Positions 25,193 to 38,318 of a DNA stretch of 64,000 nucleotides are shown here, piece after piece. The notes under the pieces were generated by a model that searched no databases, was not told where the DNA came from, and saw nothing but the letters and a program-made list of their open reading frames with translations. The DNA comes from Carcharhinus longimanus. Taxonomy: Eukaryota. The position numbers and the translations under genes were made by a program. The first letter of the stretch is position 1. Every line of letters begins with the position of its first letter. The stretch spans positions 11,620,116-11,684,115 of the forward strand of contig JASCQW010000122.1 in NCBI GenBank assembly GCA_030264375.1, given 5' to 3'.

Positions 25193-25699
25193 GGGACAAT
25201 GTGTAAACTCCACCCAGACAGTCACCCAATGCCATAATTGAACATGGTGTCTCTGGCTCTGCGGGGCAGCACTTGTGCTTTGGATTACCCAGTTCCCTAA
25301 ACCCCTAATGAATGGATATTTTCATATTCCATTTGCTAAAATGCCTTGGGAGAGGGTGCAAAAGTTTTACAAAATTAATTCCAGAGATGAGAGGCTGTTG
25401 TTTTCAGGACCAAGGAAAGAAATGGCGACTCTATCCCTGGCTACAGTGAATGGGAAAAGGAGATCAGAGAGAGATGGCCAAAATTATCCGGGGTTTTGTT
25501 GAAGAAAAGAATTATTTTGTCTGGTTGGAGACGAATTGGGGGAGAAGTTTGTTGGTATGCAAAATTCACAGCCAAAAACAATAGTGGTAACAGAATTCTT
25601 TCCCTAAGGACATTAGCGAACCAGATGGGTTTTTATGACAATTGACAATGGTTTCGTGGTCATCATTAGACTTTTAATTCCAGATTTTCACTGAATTCA

Positions 25700-26185
25700 A
25701 ATTTCACAACCACAATCACCTTCCTATGTGCCAGTTATGACTCCAACCAATGTAGGGTCTTTGCCCTGAATCCCATTGACTCCAGTTTTGCTGGTGTTCC
25801 TTGATGCCACACTTGATCAAACGCGGCATTGATGTCAAGGGCAGTCACTCACTTCTCACAGCATTTTTGTCCATGTTTGAACCAAGGCTGTAATGAGGTC
25901 AGGAGCTGAGTGACCCAGGCAGAACCCAAACTGAACCTCAGTGCACAGGTTACTGCTGGGTAAGTGTCACTTGGTAACACTGTTGAAGACCCTTTCCATC
26001 ACTTTATTTATGATCAAGAGTAGACTGATGGGCAATTAATGGCTGGGTTGGATTTGTTCTGCTTTTTGTGTATAGGACATACCTGGGCAATTTTCTCCAT
26101 TGTCGGGGAGATGCCAATGTTGTAACTGTGCTGGAGCAGGTTGGCCAGGACCACGGCAAGTTCTGGAGCAAAAGGACATCAGTAC
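25700..26185 (-). mobile_element. CR1-clade LINE RT fragment
   Basis: Minus-strand QFGFCLGHSAPDLITALVQTW and ALDINAAFDQVWH. Confidence 0.8.
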
Positions 26186-27033
26186 TGTTGCTGGAATATA
26201 GTAAAGGGCTCATTGCCTTGTTTCTAGTGGTTCGCTTCTGTGTCATATTAGGAGTAAAAGCCCAGTGTCACATCTTGTTTATTACCCTGTGTTTGCTTAT
26301 TTCCATCGCTCTTTGGGTTGTGCGGGCCCCATGTGGTCAGGGATAATATGCAACATGTAACACTCAATTCCATAACTGGGTGAGTGCAGCAGATGGAACG
26401 CAGGAAGCTCTCAATGCCTCATTGTAACATTGACTGGGCTTGATCAAATATGTATGCACCTTTCTCCGTGACTCAGATTGCCACTCTCAAATGAAGGAAT
26501 TACAAAAGCTGGTGTCCAAGATCAAAGCACAGGAGAGTTTGACAGAGCGTAATCACTGCTTGGAATAAATCATCGTTCATTTATAAATACAAACTTCTAC
26601 AAGATGTGCTGGGTCATTGACACAGATATCACCATCACACTTGAGAACACCACCCACCAGGTATCACGGTAGGTACTCATGCGATTCGGCCAACATTGTC
26701 TACCTTATACGCTCTAGGGAAGAATGTTCCGAAGCATGGTTATCAGCGAGGAACACTTTAGTCATCCCTCGTTTTGGATTCCACCACGAGAGTGAAGATT
26801 TTTACAATTTCATTTGAACCTTTTTATAATTATAGAGACCTCTGACAGGTCAGCCCTCAGTTTTCCTGATTATATGTTGTAGAAAATGTTGCAGAGTTTG
26901 TGACTGCGTCAAAAATAATATTTGGCTCCGCTCTCTCATGCTTTCCAGCAACAGTGAAGACTTGAGAAGATCACTGCACAATTTTCGTTTCTTCACAGTA
27001 AATTTCTATAACTTCTCTAATTTACACCTTACT

Positions 27034-27388
27034 GGGGCGGCACGGTGGCACAGTGGTTAGTGCTGCTGCCTCACAGCGCCAGGGAACTGGGTTCGATTCC
27101 CAGCTCGGGTTACTGTCTGTGTGGAGTTTGCACATTCTCCTTGTGTCTGCGTGGGTTTCCTCTGGGTACTCCGGTTTCCTCCCACAGTCNNNNNNNNNNN
27201 NNNNNNNNNNNNNNNNNNNNNNNNNNNNNNNNNNNNNNNNNNNNNNNNNNNNNNNNNNNNNNNNNNNNNNNNNNNNNNNNNNNNNNNNNTGCATGGGGTT
27301 ATGGGGATAGGGCATGGGTGGAATTGTGGTCAGTTCAGACTTGATGGGCTGAATGGCTGCCTTCTACACTGTAGGATTCTATGATTCT
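27034..27388 (+). mobile_element. HE1-like V-SINE (gapped)
   Basis: Young-looking, CpG-retaining head ggggcggcacggtggcacagtggttag. Confidence 0.85.
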
Positions 27389-27779
27389 CTTGGACTTTCT
27401 GGTGATCACCCATTCTCTCTCTGCCCCTAGGCATTAAGCTGCAGTGTGATCACTTCTCTGAACATGCTGTCCATATAGCTTTCAGCCAATTGGATGCGCC
27501 ACAATGACTGCAGTTGTTGCTTTGATTTGATTTGATTTATTATTGTCATATGTATTAGTATACAGTGAAAAGTATTGTTTCTTGCATGCTTTCCAAACAT
27601 ACAAAGCATATTGTTCATAGAGAAGGAAACGAAAGAGTGCAGAATTTGAGCTCTGAAACCTGAAACTCAAGGTTCCTGTACATAAGGTCATCTTAGACAC
27701 CAGTAGCATCCATGACTTTACATGTATCACAGAACATGCATTTCATTCAACTAAGCTGCCTTGCCATGTCTTAAATTTT

Positions 27780-28410
27780 GCATCTGAGTCAGCAGGTACT
27801 TGTGCACATTGTCTGAGCTGCCAGCAATGAGGAAGTGCTGCATTGTAGAAATGCAGTCCTTCAGGTGAGATGTTAAACTCAGGGTTTGTCTGTCTACTCA
27901 GGTGGCATTATTTGAAGAAGAGCAGGGGGACTCAACCAGCCAACGTTTACCCTTCAACTAACCATATAAGCCAATGATCTGATCAATTTTCTCATTATTG
28001 GCTGCCATTACAACAGTAGTTATACTTTGCTTCGCTGCAAAGCAGCACAGTGGCACAGTGATTAGCACTGCTGCCTCACAGCGCCAGGGACCTGTGTTCA
28101 ATTCCCAGCTTGGGTCACTGTCTGTGTGGAGTTTGCACATTCTCCCCATATCTGTGTGAGTTTCCTCCGGGTGCTGCAGTTTCTTCCCACAGTTCAAAGA
28201 TGTGCGGGTTAGGTGGATTGGCTGTGCTAAATCCCCCCTCATGTCAGGGGGACTAACTAGGGTAAATGCATGGAGTTATGGGGGTAGGAGCTGGGTGGGA
28301 TTGTGGTCAGTACAGACTTGATGGGCTGAATGGCTTCCTTCTGCACTGTAGGATTCTATCTTAGATATTCAGAGGTTAGGAAAGGTACGATTAAGTACAA
28401 GCTGTTCTTT
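27780..28410 (+). mobile_element. Deu-domain SINE interrupted by an HE1-like SINE (28043..28358)
   Basis: gagatgttaaac...tttgaagaagagcagggg core; Deu tail resumes after the HE1 copy. Confidence 0.75.
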
Positions 28411-28613
28411 ACATTTGAAGCTATATCTGGTTTGATTACTCTGCTCATATCAACTTGTCGAACATAAATTTGCCATCATTTGAATACAAATTTATTCTCG
28501 GAGATGACATCCCATGTCTGTTTATGTTTCTGAAGATATTGCTTCATTATTGCTTACACATAACAAACACAGATTCCTGCTGCCGCCCACTAAATATCCT
28601 TTTACTTTTGCAG

Positions 28614-28741
28614 AGAACTTAAGTTTGGAATTCCAGTCACTGATATTAACGGGAATCGACTTGGAGAGTCACCCAAGGCAGCACAGCAGGCCATTTCCCA
28701 GGTGGTGGTATCTCGGATTGGTATGGCAATACCTGCCATGG
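28614..28741 (+). CDS. SFXN3: Sideroflexin coding exon 6 ([42 protein letters not shown])
   Basis: Acceptor ttttgcag; donor G|gtgagt; 128 nt. Confidence 0.94.
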
Positions 28742-30059
28742 GTGAGTCAGGACTCAATTGTGAGGGCTGTTCTTCTTTTATTTTAAATTGAAGAGGCGCT
28801 GCTTGGTTGGTAGAATTGATTCCTGAGCTGGTGTGACTGCTGGGGAGAAGCATCCTCTCTTGGGTTTCCCCCATGGCCCTGCATTGAGATAAACTGAATG
28901 TTTTCTCCACACTTTTGTGGCACGTCCCAGCTTTGGGAAATACCATGTTAGCTACTTCAGGCTCTAGAAAACTGACTGCAGCATGGCAAGTCACCGACTG
29001 TGGTTGGTTGTAGTCAAGTGTGGGAAAGGGAACCTGCAACTTATTTTAGGCCCAGGATTTGCATTGGAAATGGACTGCAGCTTTGCACCCTGGTAGACTC
29101 ATTAATTTGATGTGCAGTATTCTCCCAACACAAAACTAACATAAGCACTTTACATGCCATATTAGATCTCTCAGTGCATCTTTTCACCTGTAAAATGGAG
29201 TGGAAAGGGGCACAGCACAATCTAAGTTCTGGACCATTTTAGTACAAACTCATCTCTAGTTACACCATGCTCAGNNNNNNNNNNGCCATTCGGCCCATCA
29301 AGCCCACTCCGCCATTCAATCATGGCTGATATGCCCCTCAAGCCCCTTTTCCTGCCTTCTCCCCATAATCCTTCAGCCAGTTAAAATTTGGTTTTGGTCA
29401 ACTATTGGAAGCATAAAGCACTTCCTCGATGTGTAGCCTAACTGGATGCAGAATAAATCTGTCTCCACTGTGCGCTAGCAATGTACTTTTAGTTTCAGTT
29501 CCAAATGGCCATTTCCTGTTACACCCTTGTGATATTTTATCTATTTCCTGCATCAAAATTCCCTATGGATGCAATGAGTTTAACTCCCAGTATATAGACT
29601 GCTTGAATCAGCACGCTGTAATGTCTACTGCCCGGAGTGCCACTGACAAAACCAATCAAGGTCTCCAAAGAGTGCCTGATCCCACCTGAAAAGGATGGTA
29701 TGGGGTTGGGGAGACAATACATTTTCCTTAAATATTAAAATTTTTATTAACTTGATCTGTTTGTCAAAGCCCCATTTGAAAACTTCCTGCAGTGTGAAAA
29801 GTTAAATGATCCATTTGCAATTTAAAAATGTTTCAGTTGAACACGCCATCCCCAAACTCCATGGATTAGAATTTATGGCCTCACTTGACCGAGACCGGAA
29901 AATCCCACCCGACTGACATCTCGATTGTGCGCTTCTCGCCACTTCAATCCCATGGCAGGCAGGATGGGATGTAGAATTCTGGCACACATGTAGAATATCA
30001 CAGTCAGAACAAAGAACTTTATAATGTATACAGGTAAATCTTGTCGAGAGTGGAGGAGT

Positions 30060-30620
30060 ATTTATTTCAAGTTTATTTATTAGTGTCACAAGTAGGCTTG
30101 CATTAACACTGCAATGAAGTTACTGTGAAAGTCCCCTAGTCACCACACTCCAGTGCCTGTTCAGGTTACACTGAGGGAGAATTTGGCAAGGAGAATGCAC
30201 CCAACCAGCACAGTTTTTGAACTGGACCACCTGGAGGAAACCCACGGAGACATGGTGAGGACAGCACACAGTGACGCAAGCCAGGGATCGAAAATAGGTC
30301 CCTGGCGGCGTGAGGCAGCAGAACTAATCTTTGTGCCACCATGGTATCTCCAGTGAATCATCCAACCTTAATGTAAAAGTGAAGTTTATTTATTAGTCAC
30401 AAGTAAGGCTTACATTAACACTGCGATGAATTTACTGTGAAATTCCCCTAGTCACACCCCGGCACCAGTTCGGGCCAATGCACCTGACCAGCACATCTTT
30501 CAGATTGTAAGAGGAATCCCATGCAGTCATGGGGAGGATGTGCAAACTCCACACTGACAGTGACCCAAACTGGGAATTGAACTTGGGTCCCTGGCACTGT
30601 GAGGCAGCAGTGTTCACCAC
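30060..30620 (-). mobile_element. Two tandem HE1-like SINEs, alternative-tail variant
   Basis: 30060..30345 and 30378..30620 each begin tttatttattagt..cacaagta.ggctt.cattaacactgc. Confidence 0.8.
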
Positions 30621-31539
30621 TTTTCTGTGTCACCCCCAGCATGTGGCCTATGGTACTCAAATGTCTTTTAGTCAGGACTCTCCTAATTGAAATATCATAA
30701 GTGAAGGGGCTAAAAGGGCATCATCTTGCTATCTTGGCATTGCTAATGCAGTCAAGGTAGAATTAGTTCCCTGTGCCCAGTGCAGATGTGATCTATCCAA
30801 CCTTATTTTAAGCAGCAGTCATACTTACAAAGGGAACTTGACTGATTCACTTTTTTGCAAGTAATTTCTGTTCATTTGAGGAAAAAACAGTCTGCATCTT
30901 CCTTGAAAATGTCACCAGGTTTTTCTTAGTTGCTGAATAAATCACAAAATCTGCAATGTATTTACACTTGATCGGTAAACGCCTATCATCCTCCTGTAAA
31001 GGTGTCCCGTTTATTCTGATTGAACCCATGGATTCAGCCCAGCTTTTTTGGAGTTAGCAGTTGTTTTGCGGTTATGTCAGGACCATGTGAAGAAAATGTA
31101 AAATTCCTTATCCATTCCATGGAAATACTCTGCAAATCCCGACATTTCTTCCATTGGACTCTGCTGAAGTTCAGATTACATTAATTCACATTGCCCACTC
31201 GGATTAGGGGTGACGTTTGATTGCATTCCAAATTATTCCTGTAGGAGTGATGCCATTGACAAAATTGCGTAAAAAAAATTTGATTTGATGAATAGGATTT
31301 GCCAGGGAGTGCAACACATGCTCACCCTTCTAATACAGTCAATGTTCATGATTATCTGCCCCTATCCCCCATAACATGTTTTCTGCTGGCGAAGGTGGTT
31401 TGTTATTGGCCGCTGATGCGATTTTCCAGTCCCACCAAAGTTTACGGTTTTTGTGTGGTTTGCTTGCCAGCCCTGCCTCCTGGGAAATGTCATGGGGGAT
31501 TGCCTTTGTCCCACTAGCAGAAAGGCTGGAAAATCCCAT

Positions 31540-32085
31540 CCAGTATCTACAAAGCACAAGTCAGGAGTGCATTGGAATGCTCCCCCTTTACCTGGATGAG
31601 TGCAGTTCCAACAACACTCAAGAAGCTCGGCACCATTCAGGACAAAGCAGCCCACTTGATTGGCACCCCATCCACAAGCATTCACACCCCATCGCGACTG
31701 ACAAGTAGTGGCTGCATATGTACTGTCTACAAGATGTATTATAGGAACTCATCAATGCTCTTTAGACAACACCTTCCAAATCAATGACTGCTATTATTTA
31801 AAAGGACAAGGACAGCAGATATCTGGGAACACCACCAACTGGAGGTTCCCTCCAAGTCAATCATCATCCTGACTCAGAAATATGTTACCAATCCTTCGCT
31901 GTCGCTGGGTCAAAATCCTGGAACTCCCTCCCTCACAGCATTGTGTGTTAACTACCCCATGTGGACTGCAGCAGTTCAAGAAAGCAGCTCACCACCATCA
32001 CCTTCTCGAGGGGAATTAGGGATGGCCAGTGAATGTTGTCCTAGTCAGAGAAGGCCACATCCTGTGAATTAATTTTTTTTTTAAA
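31540..32085 (+). mobile_element. CR1-clade LINE 3' end
   Basis: WMSAVPTTLKKLGTIQDKAAHLIG; same family as 1..637. Confidence 0.78.
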
Positions 32086-33286
32086 AGTAGAAATTTACAG
32101 TTGTAGTCTTACAAACTGCTGACCTGTGACTGTCACTAGTGGTGCTCATTGGTGGGAGGTAAACAGGATCAATCCAGACAGTCAATGTAATTATAATTTT
32201 CAGTCAGCACTTTAATAAGATATAGAGATGTTTCCACAGTATCGTCATGGGAGAGATGAGAACATTGATTGTTACCCTCCAAATCAATTGCGATTGGAAG
32301 CCAAGGGAATGAGATAGTAGCTTTATTGTTTTGTAGCAACAATTTTATTCCCCAACTTTTTTTTAAAATTTGGAGGTTGAGCAGCTATAGTATTTCCCTC
32401 TTTCATGTAAGATTGTTTTCCAGAAGGCTGTAGATGCACTCAAGGAATTTTTGGTGATTGTTTAAAGTGTGCACCAAAGCTAATTATATTAGAAAACCCA
32501 TCCAAAGATTGTGAAACATTATCATTGGCTATAGCCATGACTGGAATATTGTCACCTGCCTTTTAAGAAGAGTCAGTTTAATACTCTCTTTGGAATTTCA
32601 GAAATCTTTTGTTTATAATAAGTAAATACAAAATGGTCCAAGTGGTGCTTCAGAATCAAAGACGGTAAATATGCTTCACAATTATGAACAATTGATATTC
32701 TGATCTGAATGGCACAATGATTGGATTTGGGAGTGGAATTTTGTGGTGACAAATTTGGTTTGAGTTATCATTTGGTTTGGGCTGAACATTCACCACCAAT
32801 CTGCATAGTTTGAGTTGGGAAATATTCCGATTCACTGGACCTGCCTCAGTAGAAAGGCCCCCAAATATCATGGTCTTCGCTCTGGAGCAGATGGTATAGG
32901 TTAGAGTTGGGCTCAGTGACCTTGGAAACAGAACATCAGCGGCTATAGGGGTGGCTGCGTGCTGAGGCAGGTTGGTTAAAGTTGTATGAAAGTCTGTTAA
33001 ACCCACTCGACCTCATCACCCACTCTCCATGCCAACTTGTGCCAATACTTACCCCAGCCAACAACATGGCCGCTTATAACCACCTGGGGCCATCCAGTTT
33101 TATCAAAATGTATTATTATGCATGATTGGCTAAATGCCCTGACCCAGAAAGGATTATCTCACTAGGGTTTGTTTTAACAAATGGAGAGAACTGTTCACTT
33201 TCTTGGATTGACATCTTTAAATGGTTACAGTAAGTTGTTCTTTCTGTGATCTCTACTGTCAATGTCTCAATCATTTGCAAATAAGC

Positions 33287-33433
33287 AAAGGTCAATCAGA
33301 CAACCAATAGACTATCAATAACAACGGCTTCAAACTCTTCGCATCTCTTAATCATTTGCAAATAAACACTAAGAGATGTGAAGCGTTTGAAGCCGTTGTT
33401 ATTGATAGTCTATTGGTTGTCTGATTGACCTTT
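33287..33433. repeat. 64-bp near-perfect inverted repeat with 19-nt loop
   Basis: Arms 33287..33350 and 33370..33433 are 62/64 complementary by manual comparison. Confidence 0.95.
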
Positions 33434-33744
33434 CACAGTGTTTGAGGAACAGCAGTCTTTTCAAAAAGAGAATGTGTGCTTCTTTTGTCTGAGCCTTTTC
33501 ACACATGCCGTTGTTAATATGTGACTCATTGGTTCTGTACACCATGTATGCTGGGTGATTTGGCATTGAAGGACTGTGAGTTGGCATGGGTGTTATAAGG
33601 GACCATCCTGATGAGTGGGGGTGTTCATTAATTGACATGGGGAAGTATTGGAGCATGGGGACATGAATAAGATTGTATGAATTTATCTTTCAAAAAGTTT
33701 TCAACTCCAGACTATGGTTCACAACTTCTCTGAGGGGGTTATGA

Positions 33745-34572
33745 CCACAGTAAGAAGTCTCACAACACCAGGCTAAAGTCCAACAGATTTATTTGGTAGA
33801 ACAAGCCACTTGCTTTCAGAACGCTCTCCCTTCATCAGGTGAGTGGGAGTTCAGTTCACAGACGGCATATAAAGACGCAAACTCAATTTACAAAATAATG
33901 GTTGGAATGTGAGTCTTTACAAGTAATCAAGTCTTAAAGGTACAGACAATGTGAGNNNNNNNNNNNNNNNNNNNNNNNNNNNNNNNNNNNNNNNNNNNNN
34001 NNNNNNNNNNNNNNNNNNNNNNNNNNNNNNNNNNNNNNNNNNNNNNNNNNNNNNNGTTCTCTTCCTGTTGGGGAACATTTCAGTGGTCACAGGCATTTGG
34101 CCTCTGATCTTCGGGTAAGCGTTCTCCAAGACGGCCTTCATGACACGCGACACACACAGTCGCTGAGCGGACACTGATAGCCAAGTTTCGCACACGAGGA
34201 TGGCCTCAATCGGCATTTTGGGTTCATGTCACACTATCTGTAACCCCTAAAACTTGCCTGGGCTTGAAAAATCTCACTCACTGTCCTGGCTGGAGACAAT
34301 ACAAATCTCTTTAACCTGTGCTTAACCCTCTCTCCACTCACATTGACTGTACCTTTTAAGACTTGATTACCTGTAAAGACTCGCATTCCAATTATTATTT
34401 TGAGTTTGTGTCTTTATATGTCTTGTTTGTGAACAGAACTCCCACTCATCTGTTGAAGAGGCAGCGCTCCAAAAGCTAGTGGCTTGTGATACCTAACAAA
34501 CCTATTAGAATTTAACCTGGTGTTGAGAGACTTCTTACTGTGTATATCCCAACGCTGGCATTGCCACATCGC
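33745..34572 (+). mobile_element. Penelope-like retroelement 3' end with inverted pLTR
   Basis: Frameshifted GIY-YIG C-terminus (LPVGEHFSGHRH..SDLRVSVLQ...AERTLIAKFRT.EDGLNR.FGFMSHY*); 33746..33955 is the reverse complement of about 34337..34543. Confidence 0.82.
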
Positions 34573-35048
34573 GGCTACAAACCACAGGTCATGGAGAAGT
34601 TGGGCTGACTTCAGGAAAATTCCATTATTGGATCTCACTTGCCATTATTAAATGACCATGGGAGACTCCACAAAAATCATCATTAATAATAAAACAAACT
34701 ACAATGTTGGAAATCTGAAAGAAAAAACAGAAATAGCTGCAGATATTCAGCACGTTGAGAGAAGAACAGCTAATATTTCAGGTTTCCCAGGAGCTGTTTG
34801 ATTGATGATGTGTAGGAACTTGCATTTAAGGAATGTGCCAGAAAAGCTTTAATTAGCAAGCTATCAGGTTCCGTTCTCTGGATCCATGCAAGAAACAAGT
34901 CTCACATTATTACCATACTGAATATAGAAAGTGCTCATGGTGTTTTAGACATGTTATTACTAACACCTGTTAATGTATTCTGTACATGGGTTTAGCACTT
35001 GGCAGCACATTTAAAATATTTTAAGGTGCATCAGAGTAATTAATATCA

Positions 35049-35383
35049 GGGCGGCACGGTGGCACAGTGGTTAGCCCTGCTGCCCTACAGTGGCAGGGAC
35101 CCGGGTTAAATTCTGGCCTCAGATCACTGTCTGTGTAGAGTTTGCACATTCTCCTTGTGCCTGCATGGGTTTTCTCCAGATGCTCCAGTTTCCTCCCACA
35201 GGCCAAAAATGTGCAGGTTAGGTTGATTGACCATGATAAATTCCCCCTTAGTGTTAGGGGGAATCGGAGGATAAGTATGTTTGGTTATGGGGATAGGACC
35301 TGGATGGGATTGTGGTTGGTGCAGGCTTGATGGGCCAGATGGCTTCCTTCTGCACTGTAGATTCGATGATTATATGATTCTAT
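35049..35383 (+). mobile_element. HE1-like V-SINE
   Basis: Full length. Confidence 0.85.
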
Positions 35384-36369
35384 CATGTTCCTCACCCTGC
35401 ACCTGTACTTCCATAGCATCTGGTGACAGCTTGTTCTCTCCCTCCACCTGACTACCTTGCATTATTGTTTCTTACTCAAGTGAAAATGTTTAATCAGTTT
35501 GCAGATCTCTAGTACCATAGCAATGACCTTGCTGCCTCATGTTTAGGTTTATGTCAATATTAATTTTTGTGTTTTAAATCAAAGCTAATGTTACTTTGAA
35601 GAAGAATTATCAGTCCCACACACAAATTNNNNNNNNNNTGTTGCATTGTGTTAGGTTTCACTTTTGATAAACATTAATAGTCAATAATTGGATGTTGACC
35701 CACATTGGTGGCGGTGATTAAACTTTATTCAGCACAAACAAGATTTGATAAATTATGGTATCTGAGCAGTAGTTTACAAAGTATAATTAGGAGTTATATT
35801 ACGCTGTTTGTGCTGTGGGTAAAAGTTGTGGTAACAAGTAGCTGAAATCTGGCTTGTCCTTCATTGTTTGGGCAGTACCCCTGGCCTGGACTCTGGCTCA
35901 TCCTCTGAGTACCTCTTGAGTCCTCTTCATCTTCCGAGTGGTCAGCCTCTTTTATATCTCTTTCTACAGTAAAAAAATCACTAACGTTCCCTCAACCAAT
36001 TGATAACTTACAGCATTAACTTATTTTCCACTTATAAGGATGGCATGTAAAAAAGGCTCTGTTTTTACTTTGACTTCGCTCAGTAATTACTGACATCACC
36101 TTTTTCATACTGTAAAGTTATCGGGACAGCTATGGCAATACAAAGGGACATCTTTCACACTGGCCTTCATGGGTTTAATAACTCTGGTTGAAGATACACC
36201 TTTATTTTGTCTTGAACGAGAGTCTTCCCTTGAATCTTGAGCTGGATTTTACACTTCCTTGCTGGCTAGTTTTTTTCAGGTGGGGCATGGGACATAAAGA
36301 ATTCAAAATGTTCAACTAAAAATATATTGAATTCCATTGTAAAGAGAAAACAATCCATCTGTGGCTTAC

Positions 36370-37440
36370 TGAGGAGGCTAGGATAGAGAAGAGGCTTTTA
36401 AACCTGTAAAGGTAATAGTAACTCTGCGGATTGGGAGTGTTTTAGAAAACAGCAAAGGGCCATCAAAATGTTGATAAGAGGCAAGAAATAGAATATGAGA
36501 ACGAGCCAAGAATATCAAAACCGATTGTCAGAGCTTCTACAAATATATGGAAAGGAAAAGATTCGCTAAAGTAGTCGAGAAACAGACAGGAATAATTATC
36601 ATGAAGAGTGAGGAAATGGCAGACGTTGAATAAATATTTTGGGTGGAATTCTCCCATTTTGAGACTAAGTGCTGTGGCAAAGACAGAAATGGAGGCTGAC
36701 AGGAAAACGCACCAACTGTTCAGCCCTGACCTCGTTAGTGATGTCCCTGAGTGTTGTAAGCCATATTCCGTGTGGGGCAGGCCTGAATGGTGTGTAGTCT
36801 GCTGTTCTATGTGGGTGCCATGTTGAAAGGGTGCCCAACGTCACTGATGTGATATTGAAGGAAGAAGGTGAATGGTCTGACAATGCAGATAGATCTCCAA
36901 GGGCACTCTGAGATTGGAAGATGGGCTTCCCGAGAATGAGGATGGATCTCCAGGAACATTCTGAAGCTGGAAGATGGGCTCCCTCCAGAACATCAAATCT
37001 GGAAAGTCTACCTGCAGATGTTTCCCCACTGCACTGCTGTGGTGTGGGTTGTGAGCGGCTCTATCCTGAACACTGGAGGCAGTCCCAGGCTTTGTTCCAG
37101 TGAGACCTGATATCTTCTTGCCACATTGTTCCAAATGTTTCACGCCGGCATGTTTTGCCATTGATATCTGGTGCAGTGGATTGGGCCTTCACCTGCATCC
37201 CGTTAACAGAAGTATCCCATCATAGTCTCCCCCCACACCTACCTTTTGAACCCACCGGTGGGGGCTTGGGAGATTTCTGCCATCTTCACAGTAAAAGAAA
37301 CATGTTGCACACCAGAAATAGAGGCAAAGTTAATGGTAATGAGATGAGGAAATTAAGGTAATTAATATCAGCAAAGAAAAAGTATTGGAGAAACTCAAGG
37401 GACTAACATCTAACAATTCCTCACAATCTGATGGTCTACT
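36370..37440 (+). mobile_element. Old CR1 ORF2 fragment split by a TIR element (36641..37281)
   Basis: EEMA..LNKYF|...|FT continuity across an insert bounded by gggtggaattctccca and tgggagatttctgcc. Confidence 0.65.
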
Positions 37441-37860
37441 TTTTTAAAATTCTTTCATGAGAACTGGTCATCATTGATAAGACCACAATTTGTTACTGAT
37501 CCCTAATTGCCCTTGAACAGAGTAATCAGCTAGGCCATTTCAGAGATAAGTTAAGAATCACACACATTTCTATGGATTTGAAGTCACGTGTAGGCCAGAT
37601 CAGGTAAAGATGGCAGATTTCCTTCCCTAAAGGATATTAGTGAACCAGATGAGTTTTTACAACCCCCGGCACTGTAGCAAATCCACCGTCTTTGCATCAT
37701 CCACAAATGTACTAATCAGATCACCCTATCTCCAGATCATTTATATGTACTATAAACAACAGAGGTTCCAGCACTGATCCCTGTGAAACAGGGATGTATT
37801 TTCTAATTAAATGTTTATTCTAATAAATGATTCATGAATATACTGGAGGACCTCCCAAAT

Positions 37861-38210
37861 ACCCTAGTAACTAGTGGTGTGCCGCAGGGATCGGTGTTGG
37901 GTCCATTGTTGTTTGTCATCTATATCAATGATCTGGATGATAATGTNNNNNNNNNNNNNNNNNNNNNNNNNNNNNNNNNNNNNNNNNNNNNNNNNNNNNN
38001 NNNNNNNNNNNNNNNNNNNNNNNNNNNNNNNNNNNNNNNNNNNNNNTTTTTAACATTTAAAAAAAGCTTAGACGGGTTCATGGATGAGAGGGGTGTGGAG
38101 GGAGATGGTCTAAGTGCAGGTCAGTGGGACTAGGCAAAAAATGGTTCGGCACAGACAAGAAAGGCCACAAGGCCTGTTTCTGAGCTGTAGTTTTCTGTGG
38201 TTCTGTGATA
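37861..38210 (+). mobile_element. Young CR1 insertion (gapped)
   Basis: [24 protein letters not shown], tail ttctgtggttctgtg, flanked by cccaaat on both sides. Confidence 0.82.
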
Positions 38211-38318
38211 CCCAAATGTCTGGTTTTAATAACCAAATAAACCTTTAGTTAAAATAAATGTGCAGTGGTTTCAATTTGCATGAATTGCCCATAAATAATC
38301 CTCTGTTCTGATTTGCAG

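Noticed and set aside
27034-27110. tRNA-like sequences at SINE heads
   Set aside because: They are SINE promoters followed by SINE body, not tRNA genes.
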